Shown: positions 1 to 12,293 of the stretch, one piece after another
Layout: each line of letters begins with the position of its first letter
How positions within the stretch are numbered: position 1 is the first letter of the stretch
Notes under the pieces: generated by a model
What the model saw: the letters and a program-made list of their open reading frames with translations, nothing else
Databases searched by the model: none
Told to the model about the DNA's origin: nothing
Source of the DNA: Bacteroidia bacterium
GTDB lineage: Bacteria; Bacteroidota; Bacteroidia; SpSt-205
NCBI GenBank assembly: GCA_025059535.1
Contig: JANXCX010000018.1
Span: forward strand, 66,014 to 130,013
Reading direction: 5' to 3'
Length of the DNA: 64,000 nt
Program-made: the position numbers and the translations under genes

Positions 1-2
1 CC

Positions 3-1658
<1,656 letters not shown>

Positions 1659-1724
1659 GGCTTCCAAGAAGCTGAATTCGGCGCCTGACTTCCGCTCTTC
1701 TGCCCTCTGTAGGCCGCTTTTCCC

Positions 1725-1732
1725 TACCTTTG
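1725..1732 (+). promoter_or_regulatory. Bacteroidota-type -7 promoter box TACCTTTG (TAnnTTTG)
   Basis: Exact TAnnTTTG match, 6 nt upstream of the in-frame GTG at 1739 of dedA. The track start TTG 1730 lies inside the box. Confidence 0.55.
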
Positions 1733-1738
1733 AGGCTT

Positions 1739-3899
<2,161 letters not shown>

Positions 3900-3990
3900 C
3901 TTCCTGCGCCTCCTTCCACAGCGTACTTTTCCACATCTCCTACACCGGCTGCAGGAGCTTTTACGGTAGGGCTTCTGTTAACTTCGCCGT

Positions 3991-5076
3991 ATGGCCACGC
4001 GCACCTACACTTTCGGTGGACGGGAATTCATCTTGGACGTAGAAAAGGCCGAACAGGCGATTGCCGAAAAGCGCGTCATCAATGGACGCCTTACAATGGC
4101 TTTTAACCTCCTCCCCCTCAAGTACCCCTGGGCGTACGACCTCTATCGTACCATGAAGGCTAACCATTGGGAACCTGAGGATATCCCCATGCACAAAGAC
4201 GCCGCCCAATGGAAAAGCCAAGAAATTAGCGATTTAGACCGCTGGATTATTCGCATGGCGGTCGGCTACTTCTCTGCCGCCGAAGGCATCGTCGGCGATA
4301 ATATCATCCACGTAGTACGTGAACTGGTAACCGCTAGCGAACTCAAGCTGGTATTGGGCCGGCATGCACACGAGGAAAACGTCCATGCCGACTCCCTACT
4401 TTACATGATTGCCTCGCTCGGCATAGACCCGTATGAATGTGAAGCAATGTTTGTAGATATTCCTACTATCCGTGCCAAGAACGCCTTTGTAACTCGCATC
4501 TCTCAGAACCTACGGCGCGACCTAGACCTGACAAAAACCGAAAATAAGCAGCTTTTGGCTAAAAATATCTTCACCTTTGGCCTCGTTATGGAGGGTACGC
4601 AGTTTTACGGGCTTTTCGGCATGGTGCTAAGCCTCTACCGCCAAGGGAAGTTTCCGGGCATAGGGCAAATGTTCCGCTACACCCTGCGCGATGAGAGCAA
4701 TCACATTGAGCTTTTCCGCCGGCTTCTTTTAGAATTGATAAATGAGAATCCCGACGTTTGGACGCCGGCCTTTCAGGAAGAGCTGCGCCAGCTTATGGCT
4801 GAGGGCGTACGGCTAGAGGAGGAATTTATCTGGGACTGCCTACCCCTCCCCGCGGTGGGCCTCAAGCCGGAGGAATTCATTGAGTATATCCACTACATCG
4901 CTAACCGGCGCCTGCAAAGTGTGGGCCTGGAGCCGCTTTTCCCGGCAGCCCAAAATACGCTTCCCTGGTTAGCAGAACTGATGGATATACGAAAGGAGCA
5001 GAACTTCTTTGAAGGGCGGGTAACGGAATACCGAAAAGCCTCGGCCCTCATTCCAGCTAGCGATGAGGAGCTCTAA
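3991..5076 (+). CDS. nrdB: Ribonucleotide reductase small (beta) subunit, class Ic-like signature
   Basis: Ferritin-like diiron motifs YFSAAEGIVGDN, HEENVHADSLLY, VMEGTQFYG and RDESNHIELF. The C-terminal R1-binding tail is QNFFEGRVTEYRK...DEEL. No nrdA lies in the window. Confidence 0.9.
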   Translation: MATRTYTFGGREFILDVEKAEQAIAEKRVINGRLTMAFNLLPLKYPWAYDLYRTMKANHWEPEDIPMHKDAAQWKSQEISDLDRWIIRMAVGYFSAAEGIVGDNIIHVVRELVTASELKLVLGRHAHEENVHADSLLYMIASLGIDPYECEAMFVDIPTIRAKNAFVTRISQNLRRDLDLTKTENKQLLAKNIFTFGLVMEGTQFYGLFGMVLSLYRQGKFPGIGQMFRYTLRDESNHIELFRRLLLELINENPDVWTPAFQEELRQLMAEGVRLEEEFIWDCLPLPAVGLKPEEFIEYIHYIANRRLQSVGLEPLFPAAQNTLPWLAELMDIRKEQNFFEGRVTEYRKASALIPASDEEL

Positions 5077-5087
5077 GAGAAATTTCT

Positions 5088-5095
5088 TATTTTTG
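5088..5095 (+). promoter_or_regulatory. -7 promoter box TATTTTTG
   Basis: Exact TAnnTTTG match, 4 nt upstream of ATG 5100. Confidence 0.55.
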
Positions 5096-5099
5096 TCAG

Positions 5100-6536
5100 A
5101 TGTGGCGCTTGTGGCTGGGCAGTCTGACTCTCGTGTGGGCGCAGAACTTTGGGATTGGGACGACTACGCCTACTGAACGGCTGGATGTGGAAGGGGGGCG
5201 ACTGCGCGTGCGCGCCTACAGCGGCACAGGTACTCGTATAGCCTCCGTAGACCCTAATGGCGTCTTCGGGACTATAGCCGGTAATAACGCCGGCGATGTC
5301 CTCCAGTGGAATGGCACGGCATGGGTACCTGCGGCCGTTTCCACGACGACGCAAACGACTAGCCCCCTTCAAGGCAATGGCACGGCAGGAAATCCCATTA
5401 CTTTCCGCCCGGGCACCCAAGCTGGCCAGGTATGGGCTTGGGATGGTGACAGCTGGGAGCTCACCGTACCTACGGCGGCTACCAGTGCTCCTCTCCAAGG
5501 GAATGGCACCCCAGCTAACCCCATTACTTTTCGCCCAGGCACCCAAGCTGGCCAGGTATGGGCTTGGGATGGTGACAGCTGGGAGCTCACCCTACCTACG
5601 GCGGCTACCAGTACCAGTGCTCCTCTCCAAGGGAATGGCACCCCAGCAGATCCCATTGCGCTTCAGTCCGGCACTCAAGCTGGCCAAATCCTCTTCTGGA
5701 ATGGTACAAGCTGGACTCTGACCCAGCATCCCGTACGAAATGGCCTCACCTTCGCTACTAACCCCTCCCCGGCCATAGAGCTGGGCGGCGCCCTAACCCG
5801 TAACACCGACATCCCGCTCAGCGGTTTCAACCTCACCCTAAGCGGAAATACGGGAAATGTCGGAATAGGGACAAATAGCCCTAATCCCTCGGCGCGCTTG
5901 GAAATATCGGCTAGCAATGCGGGCCTACTCATCCCACGGGTCAACCTCACCTCTGTAACCGATGCTACTACTATTCCGAACCCCGCTACAAGCCTTCTGG
6001 TCTATAACACGAATGCGGCCCTCCCCGCAGGCACAGGCTATTACTACAACGCCGGTACGCCAGCTGCCCCGCGCTGGGTAAGCATAAATAATGAAGTAGT
6101 GTGGTACCACCGCAGCAGCACGGGGGCGATAACCCTAAATAACAACCTGGTTCTTACTCTTCCAGGCCTTTCCCAAGTGATCACGATTCCCCCGGGTTAC
6201 ACCGCGGAGGTAGAAATCTGGGCTCAGGCAGGCGTCGCTCTAACTGGTGGCGTACCTAACTCCTGGGCGTTAGTGGATGTGATTATCTATCGGAATGGTA
6301 ACTTCATTCCTGTAGGTGGATGGAATCGCCGTAAGCTCCACAATGGGGCTGGGGATGTGACCGACATGGATGCCTTAGTGGTAATAGCGCGCGAAACGCT
6401 CGGCCCCGGCACTTACACATATGAGGTAAGGGGCACTCGTCCCGCAGGTAATCAAGAGGTAGCCATAGGGGGTGATTGTGTATTTGATGTAAATTGCGGC
6501 GAGCTCAAGATAGCCGTACGCTACCGACCGCAGTAG
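5100..6536 (+). CDS. Secreted fibre-like repeat protein (hypothetical)
   Basis: Signal peptide ends LVWA|QNFGIGTTTPTERLDV. Contains 42-44 aa tandem repeats, a second GNVGIGTNSPNPSARLEI motif and a C-terminal beta-rich domain. Its N-terminus is paralogous to the 28540..30252 protein. Confidence 0.6.
   Translation: MWRLWLGSLTLVWAQNFGIGTTTPTERLDVEGGRLRVRAYSGTGTRIASVDPNGVFGTIAGNNAGDVLQWNGTAWVPAAVSTTTQTTSPLQGNGTAGNPITFRPGTQAGQVWAWDGDSWELTVPTAATSAPLQGNGTPANPITFRPGTQAGQVWAWDGDSWELTLPTAATSTSAPLQGNGTPADPIALQSGTQAGQILFWNGTSWTLTQHPVRNGLTFATNPSPAIELGGALTRNTDIPLSGFNLTLSGNTGNVGIGTNSPNPSARLEISASNAGLLIPRVNLTSVTDATTIPNPATSLLVYNTNAALPAGTGYYYNAGTPAAPRWVSINNEVVWYHRSSTGAITLNNNLVLTLPGLSQVITIPPGYTAEVEIWAQAGVALTGGVPNSWALVDVIIYRNGNFIPVGGWNRRKLHNGAGDVTDMDALVVIARETLGPGTYTYEVRGTRPAGNQEVAIGGDCVFDVNCGELKIAVRYRPQ
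5361..5723 (+). repeat. In-frame tandem repeat, about 3 copies of 126-132 nt (42-44 aa), plus a partial upstream copy from about 5280
   Basis: Copies start at 5361, 5487 and 5619, and the third is diverged. Copies 1 and 2 share a long identical stretch (ggcacccaagctggccaggtatgggcttgggatggtgacagctgggagctcacc). Unit: (S/A)PLQGNGTxxNPITFRPGTQAGQVWAWDGDSWELTxPTAATS. Confidence 0.9.
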
Positions 6537-6541
6537 AGTCT

Positions 6542-7522
6542 CTATTTAGGGTTGAGGCTCTGCGGCGAAAACGAATACAAAAAGGCTACGAGCGTCTCGC
6601 CCACGGCTTGGAGGGTGGTTTTATCTATGACGCTTAGGTCATCCTGGGTCGTGTGCCATTCGGGGAAGAAGCCCTGAGTGGGGGTGCGCTGAATGATATT
6701 ACACATGGGGATATGCCCCCGGCTGGAGAGGTAGAAGGGATCGTCTAGGATAGGTTCGCCGGGGGCAAAGCGGAAAATACCGCCATAGCCCAAGTAGGCG
6801 GCTACCTGCCATAGGCGCTCTGTGAGGAAAGGGGCATATTGGCGGCTATACCCTTCTTGAAAGAAGGTAGCGCCTCGCCCACCCACCATATCTAAGTGAA
6901 TGCCCCAGGCATAGGCTTGGGTCGGGTAAGGCTGCGGCTGCTCCAGCCAATATTGGCTTCCCAAGCAGTAGGAATCTTCTATGCCCTCCTGTCCTAAATC
7001 CTCCGCATCCCAGAGGGCGATATCTACGGGATAGGGCAAGGGCTGCTCGGCAAAAAGGCGTGCCAGTTCCAGAAGCACGGCTACGCCGCTGGCATCGTCG
7101 TTAGCCCCAGGGACAGGGGCGTTTGGATTGTGCGCATCTCTATCGGCCCGCGGACGGGAGTCCCAGTGAGCGGACAAAAGCACCCGACCCTGCGACACCG
7201 TGTCGCCAAAGGAAACGATAAGGTTGCGAATCGGCGTGCCTTTGTAGGTACCGATCTGCTCGGTAAGGCGGGCCCCGCGCCGAAGGAGCTCCGCCTTAAG
7301 CCAGTCGCCACAGGCTTTATGCGTAGGAGTCCCCGGTATGCGCGGCCCGAAGGCGAGCTGCCGCTCAATCGCTACATAGGCGCTTTCGGCGGAAAAAAGC
7401 GGACGCTGCGCTGCTAGGGTAAAGGCAGGGCGCGCAGGCAAGGGAGAAGTAGGCGGCGCAGAAGTACAGGCCCACAGGCCTACCGCTAGACCCACCCAGC
7501 CTTTCAGGCGGAAAGTTCCCAT
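6542..7522 (-). CDS. M28-family lipoprotein, glutaminyl-peptide cyclotransferase-like
   Basis: Lipobox GLWAC. M28/QC metal-site motifs HWDSRPRAD, GANDDASGVAVLLELAR and WDAEDLG. The architecture matches the Bacteroidota type II glutaminyl cyclase family. Confidence 0.65.
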   Translation of the reverse strand: MGTFRLKGWVGLAVGLWACTSAPPTSPLPARPAFTLAAQRPLFSAESAYVAIERQLAFGPRIPGTPTHKACGDWLKAELLRRGARLTEQIGTYKGTPIRNLIVSFGDTVSQGRVLLSAHWDSRPRADRDAHNPNAPVPGANDDASGVAVLLELARLFAEQPLPYPVDIALWDAEDLGQEGIEDSYCLGSQYWLEQPQPYPTQAYAWGIHLDMVGGRGATFFQEGYSRQYAPFLTERLWQVAAYLGYGGIFRFAPGEPILDDPFYLSSRGHIPMCNIIQRTPTQGFFPEWHTTQDDLSVIDKTTLQAVGETLVAFLYSFSPQSLNPK

Positions 7523-8973
7523 AAAGTCTCATCGGGAAAGTCCATAAGCCGCACCCCCGCCCCACTTAGCTCCTCCCGTAGGAGGTCTGCTAGTCCGTAA
7601 TTCTTTTCCAGACGCGCCTGGCGCCGCAGCTGGATAAGCAATTCCACTACTTTCTGCCAGTTTACCCAGCTTACCTGAGGCGGGAAGGTAAGGCCCAAAA
7701 TTTTTTCCAGTACTTCTTGCCACGTATTTTGAAGGAGGGTTAGGTCTTCGGGCAGGAGGAAAAGCTCCCTTCGCCGCAGCCGCAGGATATCCTCTATCTG
7801 GCTAAAGAATAGGGCTAAGGCGGCCGCCGTATTGAGGTCATCGTCTAAGGCGGCGAAAACCTTCTCCCGCCAGGCCTGTACGGAGAAGTCTGAGTGGCTG
7901 CCAGGGCTTACTTCTTTCAGGCGCTGATAGGCGCTCATGAGGCGCAGGTAGGCCCGATAGGCTCCCAACAGCGCTTCCTCGGAAAAATCCAGCGTGCTTC
8001 GGTAGTGCGCCTGAAGGATAAGTAGGCGCAAGGCCATGGGCGGATAGGCTCGCGTAAGCTTTGGATGAGTACCCGTAAAAATTTCCTCCACGGTGATGAA
8101 GTTACCCAAAGACTTACTCATTTTTTGCCCTTCTATAGTGACGAGGTTATTATGAATCCAGAATCGGGCTTGATGCTGGGCTTCGGGTCCGAAGCAGGCA
8201 TGGGCTTGGGCGATTTCAGCCTCATGATGCGGGAAAACTAAGTCTAGTCCTCCACCATGGATGTCAAAGGGTAAGCCTAAATAATGAATGCTCATAGCGG
8301 AACATTCAATGTGCCAACCGGGAAAGCCGCGTCCCCAGGGCGAGTCCCACTGCATGAGATGGGTAGGCTCGGCGCGCTTCCATAGGGCAAAGTCCCAGGG
8401 ATTCTTTTTTTCGCCCTGCCCTTCCAGCTCGCGCGTGCCCGCTAAAAGCTCCTCTACCGACCGGCCAGATAAAATCCCATAGGGAAAGTCCTGCCGATAC
8501 CGCTCAATGTCTAAATAGACCGAGCCATTTACTACATAGGCATAGCCTCGTGCCAGAATCCGTTCTATCATGGCTATCTGCTGGGGGATATGGGCCGTAG
8601 CAGCCGGCTCTATGGAAGGACGCAGCACATTTAGGGCATCCATCGCCTTATGATAAAGGGCCGTATAGCGGTGGGCGATTTCTATGGGTTCTACTTTTTC
8701 CAACCGAGCTTTTTTGAGAATTTTATCTTCGCCTTCGTCCGCATCCCCTTCTAAGTGCCCTACGTCGGTGATATTGCGCACATAGCGTACCTTGTAGCCG
8801 AGGTAAGTAAGGTAGCGGAAAAGGACATCAAAAGTAATGGCAGCGCGCGCATGGCCCAAGTGCGGGTCGCCATAGACGGTGGGACCGCACACATACAGAC
8901 CTACATAAGGCGGCTTATAGGGCGTGAAAAGCTCCTTTTGGCGGGTGAGGGTATTGTACAGGTAGAGTGGCAC
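7504..8973 (-). CDS. cysS: Cysteine--tRNA ligase
   Basis: HIGH-type motif [14 protein letters not shown] motif (KMSKSLGN) and class I core. Start set at GTG 8973 ([14 protein letters not shown]...). The longer track ORF runs into mqnA. Confidence 0.92.
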   Translation of the reverse strand: MPLYLYNTLTRQKELFTPYKPPYVGLYVCGPTVYGDPHLGHARAAITFDVLFRYLTYLGYKVRYVRNITDVGHLEGDADEGEDKILKKARLEKVEPIEIAHRYTALYHKAMDALNVLRPSIEPAATAHIPQQIAMIERILARGYAYVVNGSVYLDIERYRQDFPYGILSGRSVEELLAGTRELEGQGEKKNPWDFALWKRAEPTHLMQWDSPWGRGFPGWHIECSAMSIHYLGLPFDIHGGGLDLVFPHHEAEIAQAHACFGPEAQHQARFWIHNNLVTIEGQKMSKSLGNFITVEEIFTGTHPKLTRAYPPMALRLLILQAHYRSTLDFSEEALLGAYRAYLRLMSAYQRLKEVSPGSHSDFSVQAWREKVFAALDDDLNTAAALALFFSQIEDILRLRRRELFLLPEDLTLLQNTWQEVLEKILGLTFPPQVSWVNWQKVVELLIQLRRQARLEKNYGLADLLREELSGAGVRLMDFPDETLWELSA

Positions 8974-8987
8974 GACGCAAAAATACC

Positions 8988-9689
8988 CTATGGGCTGGAA
9001 GACGCAGTAAAGGCTGACAGAAGGTCTTTCCAGAAAAGGATATCGTGCAGGGGCAAGGAGTAGCGGAGCGCCTGCCAGTAGGTTTGGATGCGGGCGGGGG
9101 GGAAACCGTAACACTGGGCCGCCTCTTTTAGCCACTGGGAAGTGAGCTGCATATTTTGCCAGTGCCTTTCTAGGGTTTGAGCTTCGGCCTGGCGCGCACA
9201 CCAGACGGCAAATACTACCGCGCGACGAGTAAGCTCATACATAAGCTGGCCTAGGTCTAACACATGGGGGTAAAGCTGCCCAGCCGTTAGGGCCGCATTC
9301 CCGATTACTAAGCGGGCACCCGGGGCTCGGGAAAGTTCTCTGGCCGTGATAGGAAGATTGGGTAAGGCTCCTTGCTTCATGGCATAGCGCACCATGGCCG
9401 CCGCCGAGGTGGAAGCCTCATCCAATTCTATCTGTTGCCACTTTTCCAAGGGAAAATGGCTGACTAAGAGCACGCTCTGCACGGGGCCTTGGCTACCTAT
9501 GCCCCAAGGTAGAAAAAAATCCACGTCCTTTGCTGCCGCCACTGGCAAAAGGGCTACATCCCCTGCCCCAGCCTCCCAGGCTTTTAGTACGTCCCTTGGG
9601 GTGGGCAAAAGCGTATAACCTAAGCCCGCTTTCTCCAAAGCCCTCCGGTAAGGGTAGGTATTCAAAAAATCAAAAAGCAGTATCCGCAC
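8988..9689 (-). CDS. mqnA: MqnA-like chorismate dehydratase (futalosine menaquinone pathway), periplasmic-binding-protein fold
   Basis: N-terminus MRILLFDFLNTYPYRRAL...GDVALLPVAA resembles the MqnA/MqnD family. Lies in an operon with a MqnC/MqnE-type radical SAM gene. Confidence 0.6.
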   Translation of the reverse strand: MRILLFDFLNTYPYRRALEKAGLGYTLLPTPRDVLKAWEAGAGDVALLPVAAAKDVDFFLPWGIGSQGPVQSVLLVSHFPLEKWQQIELDEASTSAAAMVRYAMKQGALPNLPITARELSRAPGARLVIGNAALTAGQLYPHVLDLGQLMYELTRRAVVFAVWCARQAEAQTLERHWQNMQLTSQWLKEAAQCYGFPPARIQTYWQALRYSLPLHDILFWKDLLSAFTASSSP

Positions 9690-10188
9690 AGGCAGCCAGA
9701 CGACGAAGGTAGAAGTTACCCTGAGGCAGACGCACTAGCCAACTCAACTGGCCAGGTAGATGCGTGAAGAGTTTGTAAGCCTTTACTGGATAACCCATGA
9801 GACTACACAGAAAAAGCTGGGTAAGCCGCGGCGGCATAAGGAGCAGCATATTCCCGGTTGAAACTTGCGATTGAAGGTTTTGAAAAGCCCGATAGGCGGC
9901 TTGGAGGGGCCTTCGGAAAGCCGGAAGACTCTCGGGGGGGACATCCGCCTGCTTGTGAAAAAGCAGGCGAACCCAGCGGTGCAAGGGTATCTCTGAAACG
10001 GCCATAACTACTTGAGGCCGCTCTTCACGAAAGACCCCCTTCCATCCCCACAGCGCTGAAACAGAAGGGCTGGCAATGAGCTGCAAGGGAATATCTTGCA
10101 GAACCTTTGCCCACTTCTGGGCAAAGGTCAAGCTGCTCTGAAAGGGGCGTCGCGGCGCATAGCATACCACAAAGACCGATTGGCACAT
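9670..10188 (-). CDS. Hypothetical protein (172 aa) embedded in the mqn operon
   Basis: The ORF is translationally coupled on both sides. TAATG overlaps the upstream stop, and it overlaps the mqnA start by 20 nt. No motif recognised. Confidence 0.4.
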   Translation of the reverse strand: MCQSVFVVCYAPRRPFQSSLTFAQKWAKVLQDIPLQLIASPSVSALWGWKGVFREERPQVVMAVSEIPLHRWVRLLFHKQADVPPESLPAFRRPLQAAYRAFQNLQSQVSTGNMLLLMPPRLTQLFLCSLMGYPVKAYKLFTHLPGQLSWLVRLPQGNFYLRRLAACADTAF

Positions 10189-11300
10189 TAGGCCGAGGCT
10201 AAAGGTTGCTTTACAGGCCGATAGAGGGAGTCGCGCTCTTGCGGAATATACCCTGCCCCTCGAATAAGCGCTTCCAATTCGGCTGTAGTCATGGCGGGAT
10301 GCGCTTCGCCCCCGGCCATGCTATAGATGCGTGTGGTATCATCTATCGTGCCATCCAAGTCATCCACGCCAAAGGCTAAGCTCAGCTGAGCCGCCGCCCG
10401 CCCAATCATAGGCCAGTACGCCTTCAAATGCGGAATATTGTGGAGAAACAGCCGACAGACGGCGTAGTTCTTAAGGTCCTCTATGATAGAGACCTCGCCC
10501 ACGTGCGAAAGGGCGTTATTTTCCTTGCGGTATTTGAGGGGAATAAAGCAGAGGAAGCCGCCCGTCTCTTCCTGTAGCCTTCTAAGAAGGGCTAGGTGAT
10601 GGACCCGATGGAAGTAGCGCTCAATATGCCCATACAGCATAGTGGCATTAGAGGGAATGCCTAAGAGGTGTGCCGTGCGATGGATTTCTAACCACTCTTC
10701 GGCGTTGGCCTTAGTGGCGCAGATTTGCTGGCGGATTTCGGGATGAAATATCTCTGCCCCTCCACCCGGTAAGGAGTCTAAGCCAGCCTCCTTGAGGGCT
10801 AAAAGGCCTTCGCGATAACTAAGCCGCGAGCGCGCACACATCACCTTAAGCTCCACGGCGGTGAAAGCCTTTACATGCACCTGGGGTAAAATACGCTTGA
10901 TGCGCCGAATTATATCCGCATAATACTCTATGCCCCGTTTCGGATGGACGCCTCCTACGATATGTACCTCGGTAACGCCGGTGCCTACGTAGCGCTGCGC
11001 CAGGGCTTCTATCTCCTCGGGCGTATATTCCCATCCGCCTGGCTCGCCCGGCTTGCGCGCAAAGGAACAAAACGCACACTCATAAATGCAGATATTCGTA
11101 GGCTCAATGTGAAAGTTGCGGTTGTAGTAGGCTACCTTTCCGTGGAGCCTTTCCCGCACTCGGGAGGCCAGAAGGCCCAAGAAGGCTAAATTAGAGGATT
11201 CATACAGGGTAAGCGCATCGGCTTCGGTGAGGGGCTGGCCCGCTTCCACCTTATCCCATAGCCTTTTCTCCTCAAGGGTCAGATTAGGAGGCGGTTTCAC
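10188..11300 (-). CDS. Radical SAM enzyme, MqnE/MqnC (aminofutalosine synthase / cyclic dehypoxanthine futalosine synthase) family
   Basis: CxxxCxxC cluster motif NICIYECAFCSF. N-terminal LTEADALTLYESSNLAFLGLLASRVRERLHG and overall CofH/MqnC/MqnE-like layout. I cannot distinguish MqnE from MqnC by eye. Confidence 0.7.
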   Translation of the reverse strand: MKPPPNLTLEEKRLWDKVEAGQPLTEADALTLYESSNLAFLGLLASRVRERLHGKVAYYNRNFHIEPTNICIYECAFCSFARKPGEPGGWEYTPEEIEALAQRYVGTGVTEVHIVGGVHPKRGIEYYADIIRRIKRILPQVHVKAFTAVELKVMCARSRLSYREGLLALKEAGLDSLPGGGAEIFHPEIRQQICATKANAEEWLEIHRTAHLLGIPSNATMLYGHIERYFHRVHHLALLRRLQEETGGFLCFIPLKYRKENNALSHVGEVSIIEDLKNYAVCRLFLHNIPHLKAYWPMIGRAAAQLSLAFGVDDLDGTIDDTTRIYSMAGGEAHPAMTTAELEALIRGAGYIPQERDSLYRPVKQPLASA

Positions 11301-11327
11301 AAAGGGATTGAAACAAAATAAAAAGGG

Positions 11328-12293
11328 TTACTTGCCGCGCTCTATCTCTATAGTCCGCTCCTTGAGCTCTACCACGCGGATAGGGGCATTTACTGGCCGC
11401 AATTCGGATTTGAGCAGGATGCGCTGGCCGTCTGGACCGGCCAGATAGCTTACAAAGCTGCTGGCCACACCCATACGAGGCTCCCTATTCAGCGCATAAA
11501 CAAGGCGAGAAAGGGGGTAGAACCGCGGATCGAGATAACCGGCATACGGATGGTAATAAGCTTTTCCCTCCCCTGCGAGGGCTACCACGCGCACCGAACC
11601 CAGAAATTTACGGGTTACTTCCGCCTCGCGGTCGCATACCCATGCGGCCCCGATAAGGCCGAGAAAGCGCGGATTTTCTTGTACGTATTTGAGAACCGCG
11701 GGGGCAGAGTCAGCCCGGTAGAGTTTGGCTTGGGGCATTTGACCGCCTAAGAGGGAGTCCCGCAGATGCCGTAAGATACCTGAGCCGCTCCCTCCTTCGA
11801 TCACGAAGCCATAGGGGCTATCCTTACGCAAAAGCCAAGCCCGCAGAGTATCTAAGATGAGTAGGGTATCCCGGCAGGCTGGATGAGCTACTATCGCTAT
11901 GCCCTCTCGCACGATTGGGGTGAGCTTGGGTCTAATCTTCTGCTCCGCCAGAGCCGCTGAGTCCTGGGCGGTATAGCGACGCGTAACGATGGCTACCTTG
12001 AAGCTATCGGCCAAAAAGCCCTGTACCGCTGCCTCTTCGGAGGTATAGACTACCCTTATGTGTGCGCGGGGATAAACCCGATGGAACTGCTCCAGTACGG
12101 GTTCTAAAGCCGGCTTCAGGCTGATATCCGCCGCAATTGTAGCTTCACCCGTAGTGGGGCTTTCTACTCCACCGCCCCCTTGACAGCCTACCGCCTCAAC
12201 GGCGAGAAGTAGGAGGGGCCACCACCTTCGCGCGCCGCGCCAGCCTATCCCACAAAAGCGCCGAAACATCGCTGGCCACATATATCGTCGCAA
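11328..12293 (-). CDS. PstS-family / type 2 periplasmic substrate-binding lipoprotein-like protein
   Basis: Lipoprotein-like N-terminus (LLLLAVEAVGC) and a GGSGSG motif typical of the PBP-like phosphate-binding fold. Start uncertain: every candidate ATG overlaps the secDF 3' end by at least 74 nt. Confidence 0.5.
   Translation of the reverse strand: MRRYMWPAMFRRFCGIGWRGARRWWPLLLLAVEAVGCQGGGGVESPTTGEATIAADISLKPALEPVLEQFHRVYPRAHIRVVYTSEEAAVQGFLADSFKVAIVTRRYTAQDSAALAEQKIRPKLTPIVREGIAIVAHPACRDTLLILDTLRAWLLRKDSPYGFVIEGGSGSGILRHLRDSLLGGQMPQAKLYRADSAPAVLKYVQENPRFLGLIGAAWVCDREAEVTRKFLGSVRVVALAGEGKAYYHPYAGYLDPRFYPLSRLVYALNREPRMGVASSFVSYLAGPDGQRILLKSELRPVNAPIRVVELKERTIEIERGK

Noticed and set aside
3991-5076. 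Reading the nrdB-like gene as an R2-like ligand-binding oxidase (R2lox)
   Set aside because: It retains the RNR-specific C-terminal tail (NFFEGRVTEY...acidic end). By eye it also tracks the Chlamydia R2c sequence along its whole length.
5073-5721. ORFs of 157, 141 and 95 aa in other frames and strands across the tandem-repeat region
   Set aside because: Their internal repeats merely mirror the nucleotide tandem repeat of the 5100..6536 gene. They show no independent coding signal.
5100-6536. Interpreting the fibre-like proteins (also 28540..30252) as prophage tail fibres
   Set aside because: No capsid, terminase, tail-tube, baseplate, integrase or lysis genes lie nearby. Both genes have Sec signal peptides and host-type promoter boxes and are flanked by housekeeping genes.
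8974-9201. 76-codon N-terminal extension of the cysS track ORF
   Set aside because: It overlaps the mqnA-like gene. The sequence is Pro/Arg/Ala-rich junk, and the conserved CysRS N-terminus begins at GTG 8973.
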